From NCBI GenBank assembly GCA_024137785.1, contig JAHRHZ010000028.1:27631847-27695846 (forward strand): a stretch of 64,000 bases of DNA, given 5' to 3'. Origin of the DNA: Ginglymostoma cirratum. Lineage: Eukaryota. Position numbers and translations under genes: made by a program. This document shows, piece after piece, positions 1-13,214 of the stretch (position 1 is its first letter; the number at the start of each line of letters is the position of its first letter). Below the pieces are notes generated by a model. It made no database searches. It was given only the letters and a program-made list of their open reading frames with translations, and was not told where the DNA came from.

Positions 1-829
1 AAAATAACTATTAAATGAAAATAAATATTTTGTATCAACTGTGTGTTTGATTCATCCAATCGTAGATTTCCAATTTAAACCAAATATCTTCATACCAACC
101 AACCATTCTGTTGACAAGTATAAAGTGAAACCCAAAAGCCAATGTTCTCACACTGGAATGGTGCCAGTAACAGTTTATGCGTAAATCATTTCATTTTGGG
201 GTGGGTTAGTTGCTGCTTTTCTGGGCAACTTGCAAAGTCCTTGAGCTTTTGGACTGAAGTGAAATATTTGTAAGCATATGAAAGAAAGGTTTAAATGATT
301 GGACCTAAAACTGAGTGTAGCACGTGATTGATACAGAGCCAGCCAGAGCAGCAAAGGGCAGCCAACTGATTATAGCCCATTCCCTCGTTAGAACATCTCT
401 GATTAAACAAGGAACTATAATTAATACAGTACCAAATTATTTATACTTGAAGCTAATAAATAAATTTAAATTATAGTCATACTTGACTTAATGAACTCTA
501 CTCCTCTCCAAAAAAATCATCCAACAAAGTATTGAATTCATGTGAGTTGTATGAGCATAGTGTGATTGTTTACTGTGTGGTCACATCGAGAGTTATTGAG
601 CTTTGAATACACAATAGAACATGGGATAACCACACTTCCCCATGTCAGGTATCAGTCGAGTGAGATTTCTCTGAACTGCTTGTCGCACATTTGTATCCTT
701 TACTAAATAAAGAGACAAAAACCGAACAAAATAATGCAGATGTGGTCTCAGCAATACCCTTTACAACTAAGGCAAACCAAACCTGCCTTGATATTCCACT
801 TCCCTTTGAAAAAGTCAAAACGTTCAATT

Positions 830-1525
830 CATAATCACTTGCTGGATCCATATTCCAACCTTTTCTCATTCATATTCCAGGACATCCCCAATCCCTCTGT
901 ACCTTAGAGTCTTGTGAGCTCTCTCCATTGGAATATGATGCTGCTTTTCTATTGTTCCTTGCAAAGTGAATATGTACGCATTATTCCACATGATAGTCCA
1001 CTTGTCAAACATTTTCCCGCTCACTGAACTGATCCCTGTCTCTCTCTCCATACTCCTTATGTCCTCTTAGCAATTACCTTCCTACAAATCTTTATGTCAT
1101 TAGTAAATTTAGCAAGCATACAGTCAGTCCCTTCAGACAAGTCATTTATATCAATGGTAAGTGATCATCACAGTTATTGTTGTATCTTCTTCACCGGAAC
1201 CTATTATGTTTATCCTGTATACTCCATCCTGGAGCATGGTTACAGTTAGGGGCCTATAAACTATTGTCCAAAAGTAACATCTTATCTTTATTCAGAAATC
1301 ACATAACAGCAGGTTTTAGTCCAATAGGTTTATTGAAAATCACAATCAGTTGGAGCGCTACTCCTTTATCATGTGAAATTCCTTATATTTACTATTTCTC
1401 ATCTCTGTCAAAACTGATTCTACATCCTGATCTCCAGACCTTAAGGCCATGTACTTATTCCACAAAAATCACCCTTAATTAACTGATCTACTCCTCCACT
1501 ATTCCTAGCTTTCTGTCCTTCCTGA
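830..1525 (-). mobile_element. Degraded CR1-type LINE fragments
   Basis: Residual RT-like (FDKWTIMWNN...) and endonuclease-like sequence resembling the CR1 copies at 14 kb and 33-35 kb. Confidence 0.5.
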
Positions 1526-1829
1526 GTGTCATTTGCTTTGACTAACACTTTCAATCATCAAGTCCCACATTCTGATATTCTCAGGGCTCCCTGTGCAGTC
1601 ATCCTCAGGAGAGTACAGTTTACTGCTTCATACATTTCTCTCTGTGTGGATATCTCATCTCCATACCTGAACACCTCAAATATCCTACAAACTTATGCAC
1701 TCATGCTTCACTGTGATTCTCTGCCAGTTTCTCTCCTATTCACACACAGTATTCCTAGCCCTCATTTATCTCTAATTTTGCAGGAGAAGGGAAGTCACAA
1801 GATCAGGGACAGTTAGAGAACTGAGTGAG

Positions 1830-2150
1830 GCGGTGGCTGGGGAGTGCTTTTCCTTCAGTGAGATCCATTTTAACAGCCCATCTGGCCCACTGTGAAGAAG
1901 GGATTGTTGCAGACGGCTGCGAATGACAGCAATGACATGCTGAGATAAGCTGAACTTCCTGAGGCATTAGTGCTAGACACATTGAGACAATGATCCTCTG
2001 CCTGTAGACCCTGGTTTGGGCTCCTGCCCTCTTGGAGCTGGATCTCGCTGCCTATCTCTTTTGCCTTGTCAGGTATCTTACGGTAGAGGAAAAAGCAGAT
2101 GCAACTGTTGCTCCTGCTGCATCAGTGTCAATTTGTTGTTCTTCGTACTG
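1830..2150 (-). mobile_element. Degenerate PIF/Harbinger (HARBI1-like) transposase N-terminal fragment
   Basis: Minus-strand RVYRQR...RKFSLSQHVIAVIRSRLQ, frameshifted; resembles a Harbinger transposase start. Confidence 0.4.
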
Positions 2151-2429
2151 TTTGTCAGAGGTAAAAGGTAGAGCTGCATGTCATACTTCCATGCTGTAAT
2201 GAAGGTGGGGGTGGGGAGCGAAATGCCAGACAGGTGAACTGACATCAAAGACATTGATATCCCCTTTTATTCAGTGACAGTAGGCTCTGAGAAGCAGTAG
2301 GATGAACAGCAATCTCACACTTGACCGTAACTGGAGCTCTTCACTTTCGCTGTGAAAGGTTTCCAAGCCTGTCAATTCACTCACGTTGTTGAAATTAACA
2401 GACTTGAAACACCTCATGAAATAGTACAG

Positions 2430-2525
2430 AAAACAAAAAATGCTGTAAATCGTGGTGGATCAGGCAGCATCTATAGAGAGAGAGCAAGCTAATGTTTCGA
2501 GTCTGGATAACTCTTCATCAGAGCT
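2430..2525 (-). mobile_element. Penelope-type terminal repeat fragment with intact minimal hammerhead core (2487-2525)
   Basis: AGCU-CUGAUGA-A-GAGU-UAUCCAG-ACUC-GAAA-CA-UU-AGCU. Confidence 0.7.
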
Positions 2526-5500
2526 GGCTAGCTAATGATCATCATTAGACACTTAAGTCCAGATTTTGGATTCAAATGCCACCATGGCCAAGGTTCAAAC
2601 CCTGGTACTCTAGAACATTACTTAAGTTCTGAATTAATAATCTAGCAATGATACCACTTATTCATTTCCTTCCCTTAAGTGGAAAACAAATCAGTGATTA
2701 GTAAAGGTTCAGTATAACTCTGTGTTTTGTATTTAATGCTCCAATTTGCCAACTCAAGGATCTTGTAGCTGCCTTGTTACCTTGCCCTGCCACATCAAGG
2801 AATTTATGAATATGCACTCTGACTCCTGCAGGCCGTCTGCTCTTGCGTCCCTCTCCCTCTCTCATAATATTGATCTCAAAACCATTTTCAGCTCTTCCCA
2901 AGATGAGTATCAGCCAATGTTAGAATAAGTTAACCTTGAACTGGTCAAAAAACTCTCATTGTCTCGGTCACAGATTGCGAGTGACCACATCTTGTGACTC
3001 GACCCATCAAACTTTACTACAGGTCTTTGGTACTTGATCCGATTAAGAGCTGATCTGTTTGTTTTGGTGGTTGAAATCTGTGACTGTTTAAACTTAGCCA
3101 AAGTGGCTTTCTGTTAAGATATAATGCTGAAATTCATCCTATGAATCAAGTTCCAAATCTTCTGTATAAAGAAAAAAGGTTTTGAAGTAACCAAGGCACT
3201 GATCAAAAAGTCTGCTCTGACCTGGAGTCCATTGAGCCTCTTCAGTTTTTGTTACAGTTTTGTTTGCCCAGGCAAGCTGTGAGTATCCTCTCGGCTGCAA
3301 ATTATAGCTGCTTAATGAAGTGTCAAGGTTCAGGAATAATTAACTTTTCACCCATGCAGAACATATGGTCTTCGATTGTAAGAGTAGTTAATCTACCGAT
3401 TTATGATGATGGCGATTTAGCAGTGTTAGTACCATGGAGGACGTGCTATGTGTGGTTACCTCATTGACTGAGGGTTATGTAGTGCAAACGTTACCAAATG
3501 GTTGTTGTTCAGATCTTGTTGTAGATTGGCCTGGCCTACTTCATTATTAGAGGAAATGTGAACATAGTTGGGTATAGGATGGTAATTTCTTTTCTCTGTG
3601 CTCGTAATCAGTCTTAACTATTTCAGATTTATCAGAGCTGATCATTGGGTCATCTCGATACTAGTCACAGGTTAAATAGATAAGTACCACATGTGATAAA
3701 TATTGTTTGATCAAAGATCTGTCTTTTCTTCTGTCCTCAATTTTCTAAGGTTTGGGCCAGGGATTTTTGTTGCATTGATCCATGTTTATGGGCAAAATAC
3801 TTCAGTGGTTTGGCATTGCCTTCTGCAGGATAGTTAACCAGGCAGTTTTACCATTGACATATTGGAAGGATTTCCAGGAAGACTATCAACCCATATGGAC
3901 ATGTAACAAATGCATCTTTTATAGTTAACAATTCCCGACATTGGACTTGAAACAGGAATATCTGGCCCAACACCACAAGGCCACCTGATTAAGAGTACTT
4001 GAAATTAAAAAAAGTTTGAACCAACAAATTGTTTGTTACTGAAGGCTAAAAGTTTTTACCATGTGTTTTTCTATTTCTATAGTGGGGGAACTGTAAAGTT
4101 AAAAAAAAATTCCTTTAAAGCTCAATTGTGAATATTAAGGTGGGTGCTTCTACAGGCATATAGTACTTGGCATTGTTCAGTGCGGCTGTTTACAAGACCA
4201 TCTTATATTACACCATGTGCATTATAAGATGTGTTATTTATCTATATTTTAATAACTTATCTTTGAGTCTGGATTCTGAGCCAGTGGAATATGTGTTTTC
4301 TGTGTGCCTAAGGTTTAAGAATTAACGTGCAAGTATTTCTGTAGCCATGGTGATTTCTTTTAAAAGCAGCAGCAGAGTTTCTGTGACAGAACAAAGGAAA
4401 CAGTTGTACATTGGGCTTTCAATTTATAAAGTCAGATGTTGATGTAAAAACCATATCTTTTTCCTTTTCTTTATGTTGGGTTAAGGACCAAAATGAGAAA
4501 AGAAAATTCTTCTATAAAACAAAATTGGCAGAAGGAGCTGCTCCACTTTTAAAAACAAGTTACTGAAACTCATTTTGAGTTGTGTTTACACTGTTGCTTT
4601 GTTCAAGCAGTGGAAGTAGATGCCTAAGATAGGCTTTGGGAGATTGGTGCAAGCTTCATTTTTGCAATCGGGACCCATTGTGGGGGCCCAATATCATCAG
4701 CAGGCCATTAATTCTCTGATTGGATGCAAAGCAGGTGAGCAACTTGCAGTGAAGTAACTAAAACCTGAAAGAGAGCTAGCTATCCTTTCCTACCAGTTAC
4801 TGAAAGCTGTTGCTCCAAGCAGTGACTGAAAGACTGCACAATTCATGTGCCAAAAGCCCTGGGTCATCATCAAAGAACTGAAAGGATGTGGAGGTAAAGT
4901 AATCAGAGAACTGAAGGACTTGGAAGAAGCAAGAGGGATATCCCATTGAATCCTGGGATTGATCTGCTTTTTCCCAGTTTTCCTTCCTCTACCTTTAACT
5001 TCTGTGCCTGTTTGCTTATAGAGTCTGTCTGGATATGTGTTTAAGGATTAAAGACAGGGTTAGAGTTTTAGCTAGTAAGATTTATATGTTGGTAATTAAT
5101 CATTTTATTTGCCTATGCTTGGAATTGACTTACTAACAAAAAATATTAGTTCTTGTTAAGTAGAGAGGCCTGATCAGTGTTTTCAGTGAATCTAAGTCCA
5201 TTTGGTTAAACCTTTAATTTTTGTGACAACTCTGGGAATAGTCAGGCTCAAGTATCAGCACACTGGCCCAAATGAGTTGTGGCAGTTTCTTTCCCTTTTG
5301 ATTAGGGGAAAGGCCGATAGCTTGAAAAAGCCGTTGGGCTTCAGATTTGTCGGTTTTCGGATGTCTTGGCTGGAACTGGATGTATGAAACAGTTACTCCT
5401 CAGAAAGTAAGATATTTTAGAATTGTTAATAAATAGGTTACTTCAGTGTTAGGAGTTTAACAGTTCCAGACCAGAAGTGTTCAAGTAAAACCCTGAAGGG

Positions 5501-6177
5501 TTTTCATGAAGCTGAGAAATTCTAAGCTCATTTGTTGGAGAATCAAGGAAGAAGCTATCAAATCCTCAAGACTGGGGTTTGTGACTACAGATGAGTTAAA
5601 CTGTATGTATAATAGAGAGGAATTCTCTCTGGTGTTTGAGTACTGTAAAAGAATACTGTTGGGATTAATGAGACTGCACTGTGCCATGTGTTTTGAAATC
5701 TTTAAACACACGTTAAATCTAAATACTATGTTTGATTCTAATTTAAGTTCAATTCTTTCCATAAAATGCTGTTTTATTGTTAAAATCAAATCTGCAGAAT
5801 TGCATGTTCATGCTCCAGTGAAAGACCACCTTGTTAAAATGAAAAATAAAACCCTCAAATATGATTTAGCAAGCCAGGTTTCAACCTGATATCTGAGATA
5901 ATAGGTACTGCAGATGATAATAGGTACTGCAGATGCTGGAGAATCCGAGATAGGTTTCAGCTACAACATCAGCTGTGAACATACTAAATGCAAGTATTTT
6001 GTGACTTTACCACAATGATTGTCTACTTTAAGACAGTAACATTCCATAAAAATAACTGACTATGTAAAACATGTTAGTTTACATGCCTTCTGAGTATCAT
6101 TTCATCTCTGTATATTCAATGTACATTCATGTAAAGATTGTCACCAAATATCTGACCTTACATTGTTTAGGTGACAG

Positions 6178-6183
6178 TTTATT
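6178..6183 (-). terminator. Candidate polyadenylation signal AATAAA for gene A
   Basis: Minus-strand AATAAA about 580 nt downstream of the stop. Confidence 0.35.
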
Positions 6184-6764
6184 GGCAAAGTATCTAATTT
6201 GTTAACAAGTTGAACTTCTGTCTCATCCTACCACTATATATGTGGATGTGCAATTAATCTGATGTATGTACAATTGACATAATAGATGTAATCAATGGCA
6301 TGATACATCTGATAAAGACGACACAACACAATGGTTTTATAAAAAGAATTTATAAAGGCAGGGAGAGACAATTTACATAGAAATCACTGTCAGGGGTATC
6401 ACTGGATGAGTATACAATTTGTCCATGTGGTATTTCTCTGTCTGAAATTTGAGCATAGACTTTAGTCTATCTGATTAAGGATTTACCAGCAATAGACAAA
6501 GGACTGCAAGGTAACAGTCTGTTAATGACACCAGCAACAATCTCCGCACTTCTTGCAGACCCCCCAGGCAACAGAACTGAAACTGTCGATGAGGATAAAA
6601 ACATTGATTAAAATGGAACCTTCAGACTGTCTTAGTGATGCTAGTTATGAGAACATAAAGTATCGATAAGACTAGCAATATTGAAACCCAAGTATAGATC
6701 ATTGAACCCATTCTCCTGAATTAGCTGTACTTGCTAATTAGATGGGCTCCTTCTGATCATGCTT

Positions 6765-6863
6765 TTACTTATCACAAAAGGAAGTAGGAAAGTCTTCTGT
6801 CCAATTGAGGGATTTGCTTGTTTCCATGTCATAGGTGATATCTTCACCATAATCTCTGAAAGA
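6765..6863 (-). CDS. Gene A exon 7 (terminal): SFRDYGEDITYDMETSKSLNWTEDFPTSFCDK*
   Basis: Phase-0 acceptor TTTTTTCACTTCTTAAAAG; aligns without gaps to the gene B terminal exon (EDITY vs EGVTY, Tyr at codon 11 in both). Confidence 0.7.
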   Translation of the reverse strand, partial: SFRDYGEDITYDMETSKSLNWTEDFPTSFCDK

Positions 6864-7449
6864 CTTTTAAGAAGTGAAAAAATTGTCATTGTCAAACCTG
6901 ATTTCAAACAGAACAAAATGCAAAGCTTATGATTGATAAAGAATTATTAAATTATACACTTCTTTGTGTTTTATCCACTTCCATAATTTAGTTGAGAATT
7001 TGAAATAATTAGGTGAGGGAATTATAGCTTTCCATTACATCATAAGAACTGTTAAACCCCAATGAAAGGTTAGCAAACTGAAACATAGGAAACATGAACT
7101 GAGGGTGAAATTTTATAGGGCCCTGAATGACATGGGCTACAAAGAGATATCTGAGGAAATCTCGAGAGAAATCGAATGAGCCCTTCCATGATGTTGAGAG
7201 CAACCAAGGCTATGGGCTTAATACTGGAAAGTGGGACTAGTGTAGATTTAGTGTAGCTTTGTTGGTGCAGACTCAATGAGCCAAAGAGCCTCTTTGGTGT
7301 GCTGTATGATTCTAACTCACACTCTCCAACAGAGTTCAAAACATTGAAATGAAATTCTCATTAAGGAGTGGCGTGAGCCTACAAATAGGGATTATTTTAT
7401 CTTTCATACCTTCATTAACTACAAGTTCCATCTCTTATTACGCAGGATT

Positions 7450-10400
7450 CTATCCTGTCACCTGTAGTTGGAAACTGGATACCAAGAATTCCAGACAAGG
7501 AAGTTAGAGCGAGTGCCTGGCAACTCAAGCTCGTTGCTTGCTCCTACAGCCCAGTGGACACCTGGCATCAATGCCTAAGGACACTCTTCAGTGCATCAAC
7601 CACACGCACCCCACATCCACAGACACTGGCATCTGACAACTGTCAGCCTCTCCATACCTTCTCTGGCCAACTTAAGGTACCCTGCTGCACTGTCATGCTG
7701 CACTTTACGGTGCACTGGTAACTATTATTGAAATGCTATCACAAGGATACTTTGCACTATGGGACCGGAAAGGAGCTTAAAGATTTGAGCAGGCTGCATC
7801 TCACGGTTTCTCACTCACTGTCATAGTGCTCATGCACTTTGAGCCTACCTGGGTACTGACAGCATCCATATCCTGCCTTGGCTTTTAGTGCAGACACAAA
7901 GCCAGGCAGCTTGTCATGGTTGTTAGCAGTCGTCAGACAAGCGAGTGGACATGTTGCTGTATGGCACCATGCTATGTCAATCTCATACCTGCATTATGTG
8001 CCAGCAGCCTACACAGCAAACACAGTTACCATAGTGTTTCAATTACATGGCCATGTCTCAACATCTGAAGGGAATAGTTCTCAGTCATGTCAAGGCTGAC
8101 CCCGTTTTGTCAGTGGGTCTTGGCACAGTAAGTCATGGGCAGCTTACAATGTCAGTCCAGAGGTTTGGGCAGGATCAGTTCATCCCTTGGGGCAATCCAT
8201 AACCGGAATCCTCTCCTCATAGGGGTTGAGAAGCCAAATGTCAGGCAGTCCACCAACCATCTTGCCTTTTTCTCACCTCTTGTGAGCTGTTCCCTCATGA
8301 AATGAGAAAAAGAGAAGGATTGAGAGAGATGAAATTGGGTGGTACCACTGTAGTTCTGGTGCAATGAAGGAAAGGTGTCCTGAGTGCATGAGTAGATAGT
8401 TCAGAGGCATACAGGGCTAGTCGTGTGGGGGAACTGGGCTGGATAAGAGTGAATGAGCGAAGAAGCTATATGCAATAGTGAGATTGGTAATGTATGAGCC
8501 TTGGTGGAAGGTGGGTCTGGTAGCAGAGACAGAGGGAGTATGAGGTAGCAGAGGGAAGATAGTGGCACTTACCCTAACAGTGTGGAGAATGTCATTGATC
8601 TTGTTCCTACAGGGATCTGGGTGGTAAATTGGGACTAGGTTGGTAGGCTCTGGAGTTGAACTCTCCTCTCCCAGTCTTGGGGAAAGAGGTTCCCTTCTCC
8701 CACGTTATCCTATCACCCAGGATCTCTAGGCCCCTGTGAAGTGGGGAACCAAATTCTCCATATCTACTATGTCAGGATGAATGTTGTAGACAAAGCTGGG
8801 CAGCTCTGGCTGTACTTGACCAGATGCACAGCATCTTTTCAGAAATACCACTTGACACCAGGGATGGCAGTCCATTCGTGGGATGTCTAGGTAGTAGCCA
8901 GTCATTATAGCTACAGTGAGTGGTGGAGTTGGGCCAGTATTGAATGAGAGGGGACCATAGACATGGAGCGGGTAATTAAAGAGGTAAGTTTGAAGTGATA
9001 GCATGAGAAAACTCCATAGCCCTCCTGGATAGAAATCCCCCATGAAACCCGACAAAATTGGCACTTAGCCAAAATGTCACAGCATTTAGCCCTCTGCTTC
9101 TTATTTCTGTATAAGTGTGTGAATGTGATAGTCAAATCTGCTTTCTAACTTTACTCCCTGCTAACCATTGATGCTGTCACTCACATTGGGATTAGGGAAT
9201 CATTTACAACCAAGAAGCACTTCACACAATAAGCTCAAAGGCAACCATCACATCTTGACTGGAAAATTAAGGAAGTGGAAAGCTTGGGTCAAGTCAGGTT
9301 TGGAAGCCCATCCAAGACATGAACTCAATTTCTGAACAGATGAAATCAGGGGTATCGGATATTGAAGTCAATTCAGTGTTTGTCCTTTGAATGCTTCTTG
9401 TCCTCACACCTCTTAAGGAGATCTCAGGTTTACAACCTTTGAGCTATACAGTCATACAGCTCAGAAGAGGCCCTTCAGCCCATCGAGTCTGCGCCGACAT
9501 ATGTACACTTGTCTCACTTTTAAGCACTTGACCCAAAGCCTTGAATATTATGACACTTCAGCTGCTCATCCATGTTCTTTATAAACCTTCTAACCACAGC
9601 AGCTGTTAGCTTGTTTTGGGGGTTGTGGCATTACAAACTGCTATGTTAGAATGTAAATCCTAGTTCAGCTCAAGCACCAGCGGGTCATGGAAACAGTGGA
9701 GTGACAAGTTGGCAGAGGAAGGTGAGGTCAGTGTGACTGAGAACAAAACATGAACAAGGAAGGGACAAGAGGAAGACAGCAAGGATATCAGGGGCCACTG
9801 GAGGTCAAGGTTAGGTAGTGTCTGCAACAGCTTCCCTCACTTGCCTTTGCTGATCTCAACCCCCAAACAGTAATTCCACATGCCCTCTGCATGACCCAAT
9901 CACTCAGTCAGGACTCTTACCTGCCAGCAGCTGAAGTAGTAACTGTGCTATCCCCTTTTGTCTTCTTTAACCGGCTCTTTCTCATTCTAGGAGGAAAAGA
10001 GCTCACAATCCAGCTGAGAAACTGAAGATGACTGGTGGACTTTTCGACATTTAGCTCCTCACCCCTCCATGAGGAGAACATCCTGGTCCTGACCGCCTGA
10101 GCGGAAGACTGCGCCCAAGCCTCTGGACTGGCATCGGAGGCTGGACTTGACTTGCTGTGCCAACACCCCCTGACCAAAGGTTATCTCCCTTGACTTGACA
10201 ATCATGACAAACCTCTTGCCTTTGTTCCTGTGCTCAATGTTAGGGCAAGACAGAAGTAAGATGAGTCTGGTATCTCTGGCTGAGGGGGTAGCATGTAAAA
10301 AGACAATACACAGCAATGCAAAGTGTGAGCTCCAGTTTGGCTCAGACTGAGTGTGCATTATGGGAGCAAGTGAAGAGCCTGGAGATGCAGCCTGATGCTG

Positions 10401-10930
10401 TCCATGAGCTGGCTGCATATCCTTGAGAGTACAGTTTCCTTGCTGTAGCATTGCAATGATGGTTGGTGGTACAGCCCAAGGTACAGCATTGAATTACAAG
10501 AAATACCTGTCAGTGTATCAGAGATTTGTCAAAAGGGTTTTGAAGACTGGCAGTTATTGGATGCCAATGTCTGTGGGAAAAGGGATATGTGAGGCTGGTC
10601 CCCATGGAACATGCTCAAGAGGCAGTGTCCAGTATGGAGCGAATGTTAAGCTGAAGTCACCAGGTACCTTCATGTGGAGAATTCTCAAAGTCTAGCTTGT
10701 TTGGAGCATTAGACAAGATAGGAAGCTGAATGTTTCTGAGGCTATTAATTAGATCGCTAACATAGTGTTCAATAAGCAATAATCCTGCCTAACTGGCAAC
10801 TCACCACTGCCTGGTGAGAAACTTGTCGTGTCACTTTTCAAAAGCATGCAAGATGGGGCAAGATATTCCTGATGATGAAGTGGGCCTTGTTGTCTAATTC
10901 TCCCATGAATCTCACTATCACCCATCTCAC
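7450..10930. mobile_element. Harbinger-type relics encoding decayed Myb/SANT-like DNA-binding protein (two copies, opposite orientation)
   Basis: Minus ~8210-8760: PHFTGA..RREPLSP, NKINDILHTVR|GTAAGT, AHKR*EKGKMVGGLPDIWLLNPYEER; plus ~9990-10080: KRAHNPAEKLKMTGGLFDI*LLTP. Confidence 0.5.
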
Positions 10931-11165
10931 TTTGACTACAATAACATTCTGTCTATAAAATCTGATTCTCTGTAACTGATACTGCCAGACCTGCTGAATA
11001 TTTCAAGGACTTTCTCTCTTTATTTTATATTTCCAGCAAGAGCAATAATTTGGTTTGTATCTAGAGGATTATCTTATTTAGTTTTCTATCCATAAATAAA
11101 TTGGCATTTGAAATGAGGATAAGTAAATGTGAAATGTCAGATAAAGTGCTGTGTGAAATTCTTAC

Positions 11166-11221
11166 CAGATCAGTATAAGCGGGGTTAGAATCTTCCTCGG
11201 TAGGTTTCAATTCTTTTTCAC
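11166..11221 (-). CDS. Gene A exon 6: cytoplasmic GEKELKPTEEDSNPAYTDL
   Basis: 56-nt phase 1-0 exon; acceptor TTCTTAG, donor GTAAGA; same length and phase as gene B exon 50878-50933, with aligned E,T,E,S,P. Confidence 0.85.
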
Positions 11222-12259
11222 CTAAGAACGATACAGATTGAAGAATTGAGTATTATAAAATCCATCCCTATATATTTTAATTATCTGCCTGATGGTTTTG
11301 TATTTGTAGCAGACACATTTACTAAAATGTAACATCCTGGTATAAAGAGTCAAATTGGAATCAGACACATAAGTTCAGAAATTATTCTCTGCGATATTTA
11401 GTGACAGTGTACACAAACTGAGACCAGTGTATGGCACTTCTCTGCGTGTTATTTTGAGAAACCTATTAATCGTCTTGTTTTAAACACATCATGGAACATT
11501 TCTGTCTTTGCAACAATCTATGTAAGCCGATCCAAAGTGTTTTATAAAAGTAGACCCTATAGTTAATTCCAATGGAGGTAAAGTCAGCATGGTCCTACTT
11601 TCCCATTAAAGAAACACAACCAGTGGTAGTTTAACCTGAGAGTCAACAAACCTCAGACAAAGGGAAAGGTTGAGAAGGATATTCCTTCATACTAACCTTG
11701 ATTGGTGTGGGTATTATTACTTGCTGTTGGTATCACTCTGCATTGTAAGCTACTGGCCTAATCCACTGAGTTAATTCATTTCCTCCTAATGCCAGTGAAG
11801 CCAAATTAAAAGATTATATAACCGGCGACAATCTGAAACTAAGATAACAAGCATGGGGCTGGATGAACAGAGCAGGTCAAGCAGCATCATAGGAGCAGGA
11901 AAACTTGACGTTTCGCGCCTAAACCCTTCATTTGGTATAGCTTATCTATTAAAGTGTTGATTGCAATGACATTTGAACTCATGACACCGATTTCACTGAT
12001 TTAGTTAATAAAACATTGAATGTAATGTCTGTAATGATTAAATGCTGTATTTGAATTTCATTCTTATCATCACATTTAAGTTTCCACCCACATCTGTTTG
12101 GAAGACGATATTTACACCAGCTGTTTGCATATTTGGTTCTTGTATGCGCTACATTGTATATTGTTCTCTTTCTGAGGCTTTATTTAAATCTGTGGGGTCA
12201 AGGCATATTATTATTCATTGTTCAGCTTTACTGTGACTGCCCTAGAGATTCCTGCAGGT

Positions 12260-12500
12260 GTCAGCTGTGGCTCAGTTGGTAACATTCTGTGGCAGTAGGT
12301 TGTAGATTCGAGTTTCACTTTATAAAGTCAAACACAAAGGCCTAGTCTGACACTCCAATAAACCATTGAGGCAGGGCGTGGGGGAACATCATTTGATATT
12401 TGCATTCTAAATGACATGAAAAACTGAGACCTCAGTCTGCCTTTAAGGCTCACCTATTCCCAAGGTGAGTGAGTAAATGTTTCCTAGTATCCTGCCAAAT
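12260..12500 (+). mobile_element. Old tRNA-headed SINE, Deu-domain-like
   Basis: GCTGTGGCTCAGTTGGTAAC head with B-box-like GATTCGAGT, followed by CTGACACTCC...GAGACCTCAGTCTGCC core. Confidence 0.45.
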
Positions 12501-13107
12501 AACATTTCCTCAACCAACTTCACGAGAAGCTGTTTTTCTATGGACCTTATTACATTTCCTACATTTATGCCAATTAGCTGCAAAGTACTTTGGAATATTC
12601 AGAGCCGGACGGTGCTGTATACATGTTAACTCTTTCTTTTTCTTTGCATCTGGTATTAGGATTAATATCTGTTCCTTACAGTCATTGACCCTAGCATTCA
12701 AGCTGTTACAGAGCCTGTGGCAAACTAAATGGGTGTGCTTTGTTTATTTTATACTCTTAAAGCAGACAGGAAAAAAATACGTTCCCTTGAGGTTGTGCTT
12801 TGACCTGGAAGGCATGGTGAAGGCTACCTCAGTAAAATTTGTAACCATCGATTAGACTGCGAGTTTCCTTCAATTTGGTGCAGACTAAATGGGCCGAGAG
12901 TGCCTTCTGCACTGTATGATTCTCAGATTCTAAGGCTGTTTATCTCAGAAACCCCCTGACCTGAAGATTCCCTCTTTTGACAAAATTTCAGCCAGTTTAA
13001 GTGGACCCAGCTCTGAGGAAATGTTCAGCCTTGCTCCTTGTCCAAGTAGAAGCTGAGAGGTTTGCATTTTGATTTGAAATTGGAAGGCCCTGAATTCTCT
13101 TACTTAC

Positions 13108-13214
13108 CAACTGCGGTCTTCTTTTTGTATCTTGTGGCAAAGATAGCGACAACAAGGAACAGTACAACCACAATTCCAAGTGCAGGTACCACTACGACGT
13201 AAAAATTTGAGGTG
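13108..13214 (-). CDS. Gene A exon 5: transmembrane TSNFYVVVVPALGIVVVLFLVVAIFATRYKKKTAV
   Basis: 107-nt phase 2-1 exon; acceptor TTTTCTTTCACAG, donor G|GTAAGT; uncharged hydrophobic span followed by basic RYKKK. Confidence 0.9.

Noticed and set aside
4300-5900. Possible solo-LTR-like sequence and ORFs 5481-5889
   Set aside because: No matching partner LTR, TSD or recognisable protein motif could be shown by eye
6559-6669. Plus-strand AG-preceded frame ending ...DASYENIKYR*, resembling a Tyr-motif terminal exon
   Set aside because: No supporting plus-strand exons found; lies antisense within gene A's predicted 3' UTR
6822-11183. YTDL...YGED...YDME as a split ITAM in gene A
   Set aside because: Neither downstream Tyr has L/I at +3, and the spacing is not YxxL-x6-8-YxxL
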